Part shown: piece by piece, positions 35,993-47,400 of the stretch | Position numbering within the stretch: position 1 is the first letter of the stretch | How the letters are laid out: the number at the start of each line of letters is the position of its first letter | Sequence record: PV796108.1 | Direction: 5' to 3' (one strand) | DNA length: 64,000 bases | Notes under the pieces: generated by a model | Databases searched by the model: none | The model's input: only the letters and a program-made list of their open reading frames with translations | What the model was told of the DNA's origin: nothing | Made by a program: the position numbers and the translations under genes

Positions 35993-37246
35993 CTACCACT
36001 CTCCAACTTCTTTTACATAGTATGGTAGTTTGAGAGAAGAGATAATCGGCATTATATCGCCTTGTTTTTTCAGTATCGTTTTCACGTATACCTTTTGCAT
36101 ATCTGCCATTACCTCGTGACCGAATGGAAACTCGTGCGTTAATTCTTTATTGTAATACAGTTTGTGTTCAATCAATCCTTCCACATTGGTCAAGTTCCCT
36201 ACGGCTGTTTCAATAGAAGGTTTGTCTATACGATGGAATCGTTTCGTTGTTCCCTCTAAGCTGAACGTCGATACGAACTCAACTTCTTGTTTATCGAATT
36301 GTTGGTAGCATAGGTTGATGTCTTGGAATCCATAAACGAAGTCTCGGTTGTCTTCATGTTGAAACCAATAGCGTTGTGTAAAGTGGATTTTAATCTCCGC
36401 CATTTCTGTACGTGGGAAAGATAAGTACAGTTTTCCAGCAGATTCAATTGGAGAAGGTAGTTCTTGCCCTTTCCCGTCACGATAAACTGGGTAATTCGGA
36501 AGTCGGTGCCATGACTCTCCCATTCCCTTGTATTGAATATCAGTGATAGTCATACTGTATTCAGGGTACGGATGAAGTAGTAATGTATTTGTAAACGTAT
36601 TGTTTACTACATCCAACGGAACTTTAATATGCAGAATCCCATATACTTCACGAATTGCAGATTTGTTGGGGAAAGAAGATGTGTGAACCCAGAATGTATT
36701 TTTGTTAAGGTCAATTGCCTTATTCATCTCTTTATCTTCAACCATGTAGAACTTTCGATCTTTTGTTTCCTCATCTATTTCCTGTCTATCATGGCTTTCA
36801 TATAGAGTCATGCTTAAACTAGATGGAATGCCCACTTCCTTATTATCGAAAATATGAACGAGCTTAGGTACAACTACACTTTCAGGAATACGGATGTGAC
36901 CATATATTGGGTCAATAAGAGCTTGACGTTCTATATTACCATCAGACAGATTATCTAGTGTGTAGAAGTTCTGTGTGAATTCTCGTCGCCCCTTATCTTT
37001 ATTCTCTGCTTTGTTTTGGTACTGGATGTCAGCGAGCTTACCTTCTAGTTCATGCAATTTTCGATGCAGGAAAAAGTTCTCTCGTAATAATACGTCCATG
37101 TTGTCCCCTATAAGTTTATCTTGAACATTTACGGTATCAAACAAACGAACAAGGTCGGTATGGATGTCATTGCGAATCTTATTAAATTCAGTAGAGCTTG
37201 ATGGTGCTCTATGAATGTTTGGATTTTGTTGGCTAATAGGCTGCAT
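35993..37246 (-). CDS. putative virion (baseplate/tail) protein, paralog family member
   Basis: N-terminal RAPSSSTEFN...DLVRLF motif plus coiled coil; start moved to ATG 37246 (RBS aaaggagtga). Confidence 0.6.
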   Translation of the reverse strand: MQPISQQNPNIHRAPSSSTEFNKIRNDIHTDLVRLFDTVNVQDKLIGDNMDVLLRENFFLHRKLHELEGKLADIQYQNKAENKDKGRREFTQNFYTLDNLSDGNIERQALIDPIYGHIRIPESVVVPKLVHIFDNKEVGIPSSLSMTLYESHDRQEIDEETKDRKFYMVEDKEMNKAIDLNKNTFWVHTSSFPNKSAIREVYGILHIKVPLDVVNNTFTNTLLLHPYPEYSMTITDIQYKGMGESWHRLPNYPVYRDGKGQELPSPIESAGKLYLSFPRTEMAEIKIHFTQRYWFQHEDNRDFVYGFQDINLCYQQFDKQEVEFVSTFSLEGTTKRFHRIDKPSIETAVGNLTNVEGLIEHKLYYNKELTHEFPFGHEVMADMQKVYVKTILKKQGDIMPIISSLKLPYYVKEVGEW

Positions 37247-37261
37247 ATAACTCACTCCTTT

Positions 37262-38023
37262 CTATAGCATTTGTTTAAGTTGATGCGATGCATAATCTAA
37301 CCTTGGCTTTAAATCTACTTCTAGGGGACTCACATTACAAGATACTTCTTCCATTCTCCATACTTCATAAGAGAGAATGTCAATGACCCCTGCTTCTAAT
37401 ACATTTGGTGTTCTGGAAACATCTATGTTAAATGTAACCATTCCACGTTCATCTGTCGAGAACCTTGTGTCAAAACATTCATCTTTTTCTGTTGATAAAA
37501 TTTCAGAATAGAAATGTCCTTTTCTTGCATTTACACTTTCACTACCAAAAGCAAACTGAGATGTATTGCCGCTGACACCTCTTGCAAGAATACGCACATA
37601 GAATCTATCTCCTTCATCAGCCATAAGAGAGAATCGAATCCCACATGGTGAATCCAAAGCTGGATTCTCTAAACGAATACGGTCAATCTGCTTTGTCATT
37701 TTACACTGACCATATACTTCCCAAGTTAGTTCCTTCCACTTATCAGTAACAACTGCATCCGTTGTCTTACAGATAGAAGTAGATGTAGGAACATTACAGG
37801 AAGGATTCTTTTGACCATGTGTATAGTAGTTGAAGTTATTATCAATCTTATGACTAATACCTTCTTCTCCTGTTCCTTCGTTCTCATATATCTTTGTATA
37901 TAAGAAGCGTAAGTCATGAACAGACTCTTGAACGAAGTTGTGATATCCTTCTATGGTAGTCGGACCACGGAAAGGAGCATTTGCCCGAACGACTGTCGGG
38001 CGATAATCAACATGCTTTACCAT
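37262..38023 (-). CDS. putative virion protein, paralog family member
   Basis: FRGPTTIEGYHN...DLRFLY; jelly-roll-like C-terminal half. Confidence 0.6.
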   Translation of the reverse strand: MVKHVDYRPTVVRANAPFRGPTTIEGYHNFVQESVHDLRFLYTKIYENEGTGEEGISHKIDNNFNYYTHGQKNPSCNVPTSTSICKTTDAVVTDKWKELTWEVYGQCKMTKQIDRIRLENPALDSPCGIRFSLMADEGDRFYVRILARGVSGNTSQFAFGSESVNARKGHFYSEILSTEKDECFDTRFSTDERGMVTFNIDVSRTPNVLEAGVIDILSYEVWRMEEVSCNVSPLEVDLKPRLDYASHQLKQML

Positions 38024-38035
38024 AATGAACCTCCT

Positions 38036-40120
38036 CTAGCTAAACAAGATACGATAGCGTTTTAGTTTTGGAGAAATATCCGTCTTCAAACGATCTCGAC
38101 TAAACTCTGCTTTAAACAAAATTTTATCTTTAATTTCTCCTTCTATTTGATTAAAGAAGAATTCGTATTCTAAACCTGGAATAGCATGGTTTGTGATTAC
38201 ATAAATCTCATCTTCTTTTTCAAGTAAAGCATACTTCGTAATGTCCGTATTCTTTACGTTGTATCGTAAATCAAATAGCGAAACCTTCTTCATTGTTTCT
38301 GCTCTACTGTATACATAAGAACCAACCTCTCGTGGGTCGAATCCTACATTGATTGTAGAACCATTACTGTTTTGGATGTTTCTTGTATAAGCAAGGACAA
38401 CCATTTCATTCCAACCATTTTCAAATACATATGTTAAAACTGTATTCTCATTTGGAACACCTTTAAATAATTCTTTACCATTCACATAGATAGCAATTGG
38501 TTCTGTACTAGCAGGGATACTACGTACTTCTTTTGTCTGCTCTTCACAGAATAGACCAAGTGTATACATATAACTTCTAGATTCTTTTTGAATGGTTTTA
38601 TCCATTAACAAGCTAGGCTTACCATCTTGCATGGGTACATAATCATATCCAACTGTATCTAATGTTTTATTCCAGTCTTCAATAGAAGGAACATGGTCTT
38701 TGTGGTCTGGGTATTGACCAGCGAAGTATTTTACGCCCCATGCATTTTTACCCATATATAATCTTTCTGTATTCTCAATGATTCCTTTATGCTTAATACT
38801 TCCTACCTTGTAGAAGGAAATACCATTAGCTCTTAGCTCTGGAAGTTCATGTTCTGAGATAGAGATATCTTTACGAACAGATAAAAGTGTAGGCGGAGCG
38901 TTCATGATGTTTTTAAAATCAATAATTTGCTCATACTTAGGAGTCTTATCATTACGAGGTGATATGCGCTTCCACTCTACTTCTCCTTCTGCTGGAGGAA
39001 GAGCAATGAAGTAATCCAAGTTAGAACCATGAGGAACGAAGTCATCTACTTCTAATGAGACTTGGTTAATTGTGAAGTTCTGATTTGGCAATGCTTTTAC
39101 TTCAAGGGGTTTAGTCTGCATAGTGGCAGCTTCAGCAAATGATAATTGATAGAAACGAATTTGTTTTAATCCAAATACGTAGTGTTGTAACATCTCATCT
39201 TTTGTTTTCCCTGGTACATCTTCTAAATCAGGAATCTTCTTGGAAAGAACAAGGCGTACAGCCTCAGCTTCTACCGTAGGAAAATCAAATGAAGTAGCAT
39301 CCATAATTAACTCACCATTCTCATGATAAGGAAGCTTAAACCAATTCAATCCATCTGGAGTAAACTCTACCCTCATATATGTTTCTTTTGGACTAAGCAT
39401 CTCGCACTCTACTCTATTGATTCGTTGCTTAGAACCGAATGTAATAAGTAAGTAAGATACGACTTCCTCTTTAATAGAAGAAACTACTCGTTCTTGCCAG
39501 AATTCATTACGTCCATCTTCTAGGATGTAGGATGGATATCCGCTTAATCGTTCCTGCCTTACATGTTCTTTAATTTCATCTGCAATAGAGAAACGAACAT
39601 TGCTAGGAGGATTAATACGAGTAGATGTATTCCATGCATTAGAGATACTAACTTCATGTTGTTTGATATCAATGAATGCATCAGATTTAGATTGGTCAAT
39701 CTTATTCGCATCATCAAACACATCGTACACACTATTCAAGATACCAGCTTGGCTATAGATTAATGCAAGCTCTTTTAATCTTTGTTCTAGTGTTCGTACT
39801 TCATATAGTAATTTGTTTTTACCAACTTCAAACTTATTTAGCTTTTGGTTTAGTAAGTCATGAAGCTCTTTTGTGTTCTCATATAGTAAGTACAAGTCTT
39901 TATAGATATTATCTAAGTCTGAGTTGTACATAGTAGATGAGGCTTGTTGCTGCGGACGGACAGAATGGAAATCATAAAGAGGTTGTGATAAAGGATGTTG
40001 ATCTAGCTCGTAATTAAGTCTTCCTAAGAACTCGTGACTAGATGGTAAGTTTCCTTTTTGCAATTCACTTTTTAAGATACGTTCAACGGTTTCATCAAAA
40101 CGTTTTTCTTTAATACCCAT
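38036..40120 (-). CDS. putative baseplate/tail protein, paralog family member
   Basis: ASSTMYNSDL...DLYLLY; start MGIKEK (RBS gaggaggtg). Confidence 0.6.
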   Translation of the reverse strand: MGIKEKRFDETVERILKSELQKGNLPSSHEFLGRLNYELDQHPLSQPLYDFHSVRPQQQASSTMYNSDLDNIYKDLYLLYENTKELHDLLNQKLNKFEVGKNKLLYEVRTLEQRLKELALIYSQAGILNSVYDVFDDANKIDQSKSDAFIDIKQHEVSISNAWNTSTRINPPSNVRFSIADEIKEHVRQERLSGYPSYILEDGRNEFWQERVVSSIKEEVVSYLLITFGSKQRINRVECEMLSPKETYMRVEFTPDGLNWFKLPYHENGELIMDATSFDFPTVEAEAVRLVLSKKIPDLEDVPGKTKDEMLQHYVFGLKQIRFYQLSFAEAATMQTKPLEVKALPNQNFTINQVSLEVDDFVPHGSNLDYFIALPPAEGEVEWKRISPRNDKTPKYEQIIDFKNIMNAPPTLLSVRKDISISEHELPELRANGISFYKVGSIKHKGIIENTERLYMGKNAWGVKYFAGQYPDHKDHVPSIEDWNKTLDTVGYDYVPMQDGKPSLLMDKTIQKESRSYMYTLGLFCEEQTKEVRSIPASTEPIAIYVNGKELFKGVPNENTVLTYVFENGWNEMVVLAYTRNIQNSNGSTINVGFDPREVGSYVYSRAETMKKVSLFDLRYNVKNTDITKYALLEKEDEIYVITNHAIPGLEYEFFFNQIEGEIKDKILFKAEFSRDRLKTDISPKLKRYRILFS

Positions 40121-40121
40121 A

Positions 40122-41936
40122 CTACACCTCCTCTTGCAATGTAACACGTAATGCATAATCTTCTAATACTGGAGTATAGAATTTATAGATGTCTTCGTCG
40201 CCATCACGTTTCTTTTCGATAACAGGACGAGAAAGAACAACCTTTAACCTTACGCTCGTTACTTCTTTTTTCGATTCAATAATACCTTTATATAAACCAT
40301 ACTGATTATCTAATACACTTTGTTTTCCATTGATTTCATAAATCTTTGGAGGGAACTTATCATTAACAGGTTGGTGGTGCATCGGAGATATTGGCGCCCA
40401 GTTCACATCATCTACAGAAATGAAATATTGAATCCAATCTTGTGATGTACTTACTAAGTCTGTAAACAATGGAGGTATCTTCTCGTTTGCATACAACATA
40501 ATCTTTTCAATCGGTTGTGTTGTTTCAAACTTAGTGGAGAAGATTTCACTTTTCTCTACGAACTCATAACTCATGATATTAATATCACGAATACCAATAG
40601 CGTATCTCCAGCCTGGGAATGCCTCTACAGCCTTCTTAATTTTTACATTGTCCTGTAGGCTATGTTCACCAACTTCAGCTGTTATTAAGCGTGCAGGAAC
40701 CTGAGAAGAAGGCACTCTCGTTCTCTTCTCTGTCTCTTGACCAACAGCATTACGACTCTTACGAATCTCTTCATAGTAAGTGTGACCAATTAACTCTTCG
40801 TATGATTCACTTTGGTCGAATACAACCTCAATGTATTTTGCTTTACGTGAAGGGAACACCCATACACCTTGCCCAGCAAACTTAGAAGATTCAAAGTTGT
40901 TATCACCAGTGAATAATTCATCTTCTCGATAACTTTGAGATGTCGTATTCAAGGATGTATTTAGTACGTACTCCCCTTCTTCATAGATACCTTTGTAATC
41001 AAAACCATCTTCTGAAGTACGAAGAGAATACACAACAACTTTACCAGTTGAAAAAACAGGATGATATGGAGCGATACTAATCCAGTTAATATCCTCAGGT
41101 TGTTCTAGTTCAATAACAAGTTTCATACGAAGTGTATCTCCTTGCTGTTCACCATTCAACCATTCAAAGTCATATCCTTTTGGTTCTCCCATAACTAATG
41201 ATTTGTCAATATTCACCATCTCGTATTCGAAAATACTGTCAGGTCTATTATCAATCAATGCATCAGGATTGTTATTGGGAATCTGCTCTTCTAAGTATGA
41301 GTAAATTGTTTCACCTTTTTTATTAATCATACGTCTAGCTAAATGCTTTGTACCGTATTCACCATTACCATCTATAGAACGAACCTTAGCCTTTTGACTT
41401 CTATTTAAACTAGAAGAACGTGCTAAGGTAACAATACCTTCATTCGTAGATACATGAGCTGCGGTTCCCATATTCATATCTTCTTCAATTAGCTTCTTAT
41501 CATTAAAGCTGTCCTTGAAGTAGACACTATTTTCCGTTTGTTCTTTTGCAAGTAACTGAAGGTCATTCGCCACATTCGCTAAACTCTTAATACGGTCATG
41601 AACCTTTTGCTTTTCTGTTTGTGCATAGTTGAAGTAGTCAGAAGCGAACGTACCCATCTCTTCAATATCACCGTACAGAATCTTTACATCTTCTACCATT
41701 TCTTTTGTATTTTCATTATATTCTTCAAAGAAAGGGAAATGTCCTTCTTCTGCATACCGTTTCTGAAGTAAAGGATTTCCAAGGTTTTTATAGAAGTATT
41801 CAATCGTTTGACCAACGTAAGCAGATACCTGTTCTTTCGTAGCATCCTTACCTAGCTTTGCAACAGCTTGTGTTGTTAAATACTCCATCTGTCTTTCAAG
41901 AATCTTTGATTTAATATTTAAAGAAGACAATGCCAT
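40122..41936 (-). CDS. putative baseplate/tail protein, paralog family member
   Basis: PFFEEYNEN...DVKILY; YAIGIRDI...K...S..F pattern shared with neighbours. Confidence 0.6.
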   Translation of the reverse strand: MALSSLNIKSKILERQMEYLTTQAVAKLGKDATKEQVSAYVGQTIEYFYKNLGNPLLQKRYAEEGHFPFFEEYNENTKEMVEDVKILYGDIEEMGTFASDYFNYAQTEKQKVHDRIKSLANVANDLQLLAKEQTENSVYFKDSFNDKKLIEEDMNMGTAAHVSTNEGIVTLARSSSLNRSQKAKVRSIDGNGEYGTKHLARRMINKKGETIYSYLEEQIPNNNPDALIDNRPDSIFEYEMVNIDKSLVMGEPKGYDFEWLNGEQQGDTLRMKLVIELEQPEDINWISIAPYHPVFSTGKVVVYSLRTSEDGFDYKGIYEEGEYVLNTSLNTTSQSYREDELFTGDNNFESSKFAGQGVWVFPSRKAKYIEVVFDQSESYEELIGHTYYEEIRKSRNAVGQETEKRTRVPSSQVPARLITAEVGEHSLQDNVKIKKAVEAFPGWRYAIGIRDINIMSYEFVEKSEIFSTKFETTQPIEKIMLYANEKIPPLFTDLVSTSQDWIQYFISVDDVNWAPISPMHHQPVNDKFPPKIYEINGKQSVLDNQYGLYKGIIESKKEVTSVRLKVVLSRPVIEKKRDGDEDIYKFYTPVLEDYALRVTLQEEV

Positions 41937-41948
41937 GTTATCACCTCT

Positions 41949-43397
41949 TTACTTCATAGTTTTTGTTTTTAGTGTGTAGTGCTGAACCTGTGGAGATACT
42001 GTTGTATCATCTAATGTATTTCTACGTAAGATAATCTTCACACGGAATGTAGAAACTAAATAATCATAAGAAGCTACAATTGTGCCGCTACCATGATTCT
42101 TCATAAGCTCATCATAGATAGTAGATGGTTTAAATGTTTCAGTGAAGATAAGTTTACTACCTTCTTGGTAATATTCTAATCCTTTGTAACGTTCTTCTTT
42201 CACAAGAGAGTATGGTTTTAATAACGGCCATTCACCTGTTTTATAATTCGTTCTATTGTACATATACACTTCTTGTTTCTCATCACCTGTAAATGGTGTA
42301 ACATCTTTAACTGTCTTACCATCTGGGATTGCAATCTGTGCATTCTTAATAGAAATCTCAATCGGTTTGTACGAAGACGTATTCGGATTATATTCCGTTT
42401 CTCCTTGGATTGTTTCATAGTTTACGTAAGGGTACTTAGAAAGTTGAACCGTCTTGTTATGATTCGTCCCAGTCGGGAATTCATCTACTTGTTTACGAAT
42501 AGATAATTCCTGTTGAGCAATATCTATCGTCCATGGATTTCCATCTGGTGTGTAATCAATCGTATAAATACCAAACTGGTCTACACTTTCCTGTAATTGA
42601 ATTGTTCTATTGCCAACTAAAGTCCAGAATCTGTTTTCTAAAACCAATCCATTCTTATAGATAACTGGTTTAAATGAAGCAGATAGACTAGCAGGGAATC
42701 GAAGTTCTGTTGTTCTCTTACCATCAAATAGTAATCGTTCACTCTTAATAAGTTTCTGTTCTTCTGGTAAGATAGCGTGCCAATCTTTTAATGTAGGTCT
42801 AGGTACATAAGAGACATAGTATTCAACAGATGTTTGTTGGCTTGTACTAATCCCACCAACTTCATCGAAGATCGGATGATATTCTGCTGCTGCTAATGAT
42901 ACTTCCATAACGTTTCCTTCTACTTCAAAAGGTGTACTAACTGAAATAGAGTTCTCTTCATACTGTTTATGCATGAAAGAAATATTACGAAGACCATAGA
43001 TGTATTCAAACTTCTCTTTTCCACTTTCCCCTTCTTCAGCTTCAGCTGACATAGGAGAGATTGGAGGCGGCCCAGGTATCTGATTGTTTTCTGGTTTAAT
43101 TGGAGATGCATACACTGGAGAAGAAGATGCTGGAGATGTAGGATTATCTATGCTTTTAATAGAAGACTTAGGTTCCTCAATCCATCTTTCAGAAAGAGGG
43201 TTTCGTACCACTGGAAGTTCTTCATCTCTTGGTGGAATCGCAATTGATTCTTTGTCACCTGTATCTACAGTAGACTTAATTTGCTCTGCATAAATCGTTT
43301 CTGTATCAACAGACTCAACTAGTTTTTGTGAAGTCGCAGTCCATTTTGAATTTTCATTCTCAGGGAATGTATCAAATACATTTCTAATCTTTGGCAT
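41949..43397 (-). CDS. putative baseplate/tail protein with Pro/Ser-rich insert
   Basis: YIYGLRNI and C-terminal SP.V..Y.L pattern shared with neighbours. Confidence 0.55.
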   Translation of the reverse strand: MPKIRNVFDTFPENENSKWTATSQKLVESVDTETIYAEQIKSTVDTGDKESIAIPPRDEELPVVRNPLSERWIEEPKSSIKSIDNPTSPASSSPVYASPIKPENNQIPGPPPISPMSAEAEEGESGKEKFEYIYGLRNISFMHKQYEENSISVSTPFEVEGNVMEVSLAAAEYHPIFDEVGGISTSQQTSVEYYVSYVPRPTLKDWHAILPEEQKLIKSERLLFDGKRTTELRFPASLSASFKPVIYKNGLVLENRFWTLVGNRTIQLQESVDQFGIYTIDYTPDGNPWTIDIAQQELSIRKQVDEFPTGTNHNKTVQLSKYPYVNYETIQGETEYNPNTSSYKPIEISIKNAQIAIPDGKTVKDVTPFTGDEKQEVYMYNRTNYKTGEWPLLKPYSLVKEERYKGLEYYQEGSKLIFTETFKPSTIYDELMKNHGSGTIVASYDYLVSTFRVKIILRRNTLDDTTVSPQVQHYTLKTKTMK

Positions 43398-43411
43398 GTT
43401 CGCCCTCCTTC

Positions 43412-44329
43412 CTATTCATTCATTTCTTCTTTGTGTTTTTGTAATGCAAGGTTCTTATCGTATTGCCAATCAGGGACAGCTTTTTGTTCTTTACGTTGTT
43501 TCGCTAACTCATACATATAGTACAAGACTTCATCAGACCATCTTGCTCTACCTTGTTGTACAGAAGGCAACCAACCATTATCCATTCTCCATAAAGCTTG
43601 TTTGGTTAGTGCAGCTACCTTGTCATTATATGGCTGACGTTTATAATTCTCTTGTCTAAATACAATTGTAAATCGCCTAGCTAATACAGCAGGGAACTGG
43701 AATGTCATTGTCTTCACACTAGCATCTACTTTATTGCGGAAAACTAATTCTTTCCGAGGATGAAATGTTTCAATGTCTTCTTCATAAGAAATAGATACAG
43801 CTTCCATAGGCAATTCACAGAATGGTTCGATGTTGATTTCACTAACAGGTTTAGGTCTATCAAATGTTACATGGATTTTTACATACGCTCCACCTTCAGG
43901 TAGTAGTTCTTTCGCAATACCTTCTAGTGTCTCTTCCTCTACATCAGATGGTTTCTTTCCAATCTGTTCTTTTAAAGTTAGGAAAGCAAGCTCACTAATT
44001 TCAATTTGAGATACAGAGTTTTCTGCTCGTAAATCCATTTGTACTTCAAAGTCATGAGCATATGGATTTAATGAATCTCCTGACCACGGCCATTCATATG
44101 GGTACTTAGAAATCAGTCTCCATAGTAAGTCTAATGACTCAAGTAGTCTAGCTCCTGGATTTGCTACACGAATCTTATCAATGGTTTCTCCAATCCGTTT
44201 ATCTTTACTAGATGTAGGAACAAGTGCAGATACTTGTTTCGCATTATCAAGAGGATGTGGGAATGTTATTTTCCATAATCCTTCTCTTTGTTGTATAGAA
44301 ACAGATATGGCATATTCTACTTTATACAT
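43412..44329 (-). CDS. putative virion protein
   Basis: 305 aa, RBS aaggagg, in the structural operon. Confidence 0.55.
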   Translation of the reverse strand: MYKVEYAISVSIQQREGLWKITFPHPLDNAKQVSALVPTSSKDKRIGETIDKIRVANPGARLLESLDLLWRLISKYPYEWPWSGDSLNPYAHDFEVQMDLRAENSVSQIEISELAFLTLKEQIGKKPSDVEEETLEGIAKELLPEGGAYVKIHVTFDRPKPVSEINIEPFCELPMEAVSISYEEDIETFHPRKELVFRNKVDASVKTMTFQFPAVLARRFTIVFRQENYKRQPYNDKVAALTKQALWRMDNGWLPSVQQGRARWSDEVLYYMYELAKQRKEQKAVPDWQYDKNLALQKHKEEMNE

Positions 44330-44352
44330 ATTTAACCTCCTTTTTAATCAAT

Positions 44353-44386
44353 AAAAAAGGGCAGGCAGCCGTACGCCGCCCACCCC
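44353..44386 (-). terminator. strong intrinsic terminator
   Basis: GGGTGGGCGGC-gtacg-GCTGCCTGCCC-TTTTTT. Confidence 0.8.
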
Positions 44387-44428
44387 AGGAGAGAATTCAA
44401 ATGGCTAAAAAGGGTTTCCCCTTGCTTA

Positions 44429-44457
44429 AAAGTAACCATTACCTATACTTCAGTCAA
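44429..44457 (-). promoter_or_regulatory. putative promoter, class 1 (TTGACT-N17-TACTTT, spacer ends ATGGT)
   Basis: directly after fibre A stop codon. Confidence 0.65.
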
Positions 44458-44461
44458 GATA

Positions 44462-47400
44462 TTATTTATATTTCACCCATAGTTTCGCTTCAGGTAGGAA
44501 CGCCATGTAGTTAGCTGATGAACCATCGTACTTTAGACCGAAACCTCTGTCTACGCCATTAGCGATTTTGTTCTGTACGAACCCAGTAACATTGACCCAT
44601 TTACCTTCGCCCCATGAGAACCAATCTGTTACATATTCACCAGATACAAGTGGGTTGTTAGGTGGTCTTCCGTCAGCATATTGATGGGCAACAATTCGTG
44701 CTTCACGAGCACCTGAGTTACCACCCTTGCCATAACGAGTGATATACAACTGAGCGTCAATAATAGTCTTGCCTCGTAACGTGTTAGCCAAGTCAGAAGA
44801 GAACCACCATACGCCTGTACGGTTTCCGTATCCCCACGTTCCTTGTTTAACATAGATTTCATCATCCCAATAACCATTAGCTGACCAGTTCTGTCCACCT
44901 TGAGAACTCCACTCTCTTACATATTCTGATGGAGGTGGCGGTGGCGGTGGAGTAGCTTCGCCATAATCAACTGTCCAGATATCATTTCTCCATGATAATC
45001 CATCTCCCATGTAGCCACCGACGTAAGCATTTGCCCATCGAGTAACGCTACCATCTGGTCTTGTTCCTTCACCTTGTACGATAGAGAAATCAGATACAAG
45101 AATTGAATATGGGTTTCGACCACCTTTGCAGTCTTTGATATAAGCATTTGCATTGTAGATAATAGAAAATGCTCTGGCTTTTGCATCATATATCTCAATA
45201 GCAACTGCACGTACATATGAGAAACGTACACCAGTAACACCCATTTCCACTTTCTTATTACAATACAGTTTGCAATACCAAATATCTACGTTGGGAGACC
45301 CAGTGATATTAATAAGTGAATCTGTTCCAGTCTCAGCCATTGTTCTATCAGTTGCTTGCATAATAAAGTGCTGAATATAAAGCTGACATAGAACACCATT
45401 AACAACAATACCAGAATTGATTGTCTTACGGCTTCCACTGTTATCACTTCGAACGGTTATAGAACCAGGACCCATGAATCCAGATAAGAAGATAGGGCTA
45501 TCAATATTTCCATTCAATTGGATAATCTCTATCTTGTTTGGAACGTACTTACCCATCTGGTCGATATAGGCTTGCATGTTTCTTTTCGGTGCTCCCCTAG
45601 TACCAGCGTTATTATCATTACCGTTGATAGAATCAAAGAATACTTGACCTACTGTTTTATCAATGCCAACGACACCACCGACAATTACGTCAGCTTGTAT
45701 ACGAGGGAAGTAAGCACCAGTCTCATCAATCTGACCTACTGTTTCAGTCTGTCCGTTTCCACCTTTCTTCACAACCTGTAAGAATCCATTACCTGTAGAT
45801 GTACCTAATCTTAAAGTACCACCTTGTGCTTGGTCGAAAGTGAATATGCCACTATCTATGTCAGTAACAGAAGGATGCGCCCAATAAGAATCAAGACTAG
45901 CTGTTTGAGAGTAATGATGGAAGAATCGAATAGCGACATATCTCGTATCAGGATGCATTGCATAAGCTGTGTCTGTGTTCAATCCTCTACCTATTAAGTC
46001 AGGGTCTGTTGATGTAGCAGGAAGAAGTAGTGATTCCATATCACGCCAGTTGTCGTATTTAGCACCAGCGGTTCCAACTAAGAAGTATGGATTTGTTGAG
46101 TTGAATCCACCCTCAAAGTTTCTATTGGAATAGTTAAACCATTTCATACCGATTGCTTGTTTATTTGCATTGTATGCCATAACACCAAAATAAATTCTAG
46201 CAGTTGGAGTTGTATTTGGCATATAAGCTGAAACCTTCACACGATACGTTTTACTCGTATTAACTTCAAACAAGCTAGAGTAGATTTGCAAATCATTAGC
46301 TGTTGTCATTTTTAATACTTTTCCATACTGACCTTTCGGGTCATTCACAACAGAGATCGTTCCTCCAGCTCCAATACTATATCCTTCTAAAGTTCCTGTG
46401 TTAGAGAAGTTATTAACAAGGTCTTTTGCCAATACAGACAATTCGTTTGTTGTAATAGTGCCAGACTGGATATGACTTGCGTTAATTGCATTAGATTGGA
46501 TGTGAGTAGAGTTGATTGCATTCACAACAATATGATTTGTTTTAATGCTGCCATCAACAATAAGCTCTCCACTGTTTTTACGTCGTATCTCTACATTTGT
46601 AAAATACCAGTTACCGAAATTTGCAGTACCATTAATTTGGACAAATGGACGTGCTCTTCTCACGATATCATTTGGTACTGCAATCTCACCAGACACTCGT
46701 ACCCACTTACCAGCAGTAGGTGCTTGGTATATAGAACGCCATTGTGGATTTTGATAATCTGTGTCAGTAAAATGCATCCCTATTCCTATAGGAAGTGTAC
46801 TATCTGTTGTATAAACATCCATAGAAACAAAGAACTTATCTGTGCTTTGAACAGAAAAATATTGGTCTCCATAACTATCACGTTGTTGAGTTCGACCAAC
46901 ATACTTGGTTGGAGCACCAATTGTGTTTTGAACAACAGTTACATTTGCACTCCATCCTATGTTTGTTCCTTCAGAGAATTGAGGATTAGTTACGTAGTTT
47001 GTAAAATCTGAAATAGCAATCTTATCAGCAGTAATTGTATTCGTCTGTATAAGTCCGCCTTTAATGTAAGTAGTTCCGCTAATAGCATCACCTTTCCATA
47101 CATTCACTAAGTCACGAGCAGTATCCCATGCAGAACCTCTGTTGTTAAGAGATGTAGAAACATCAAAGATTGCATCAGTTGCATCTTCAGGAGCAGGACT
47201 CCAATCTGTTGCACGGTTACCAGCTTCTAGTTTTACTTGTCTAAAACTAATAGCTGAAGCACCAGCAAAACCATTATTATCAAAACGAACATAACCCTCT
47301 CGTTCATTAGCATTAGTTCTAAATGTATAAATAATACGAGTCCATGTTTTAGCTGGGATATTTCGAGGAGCATATTCATGAGCAAAGTCATATTCTTTTG

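Noticed and set aside
44329-44461. Known riboswitch (c-di-GMP, preQ1, SAM and others)
   Set aside because: No conserved aptamer core recognised by eye; an Rfam search is needed, so it is kept only as an unnamed structured-RNA candidate
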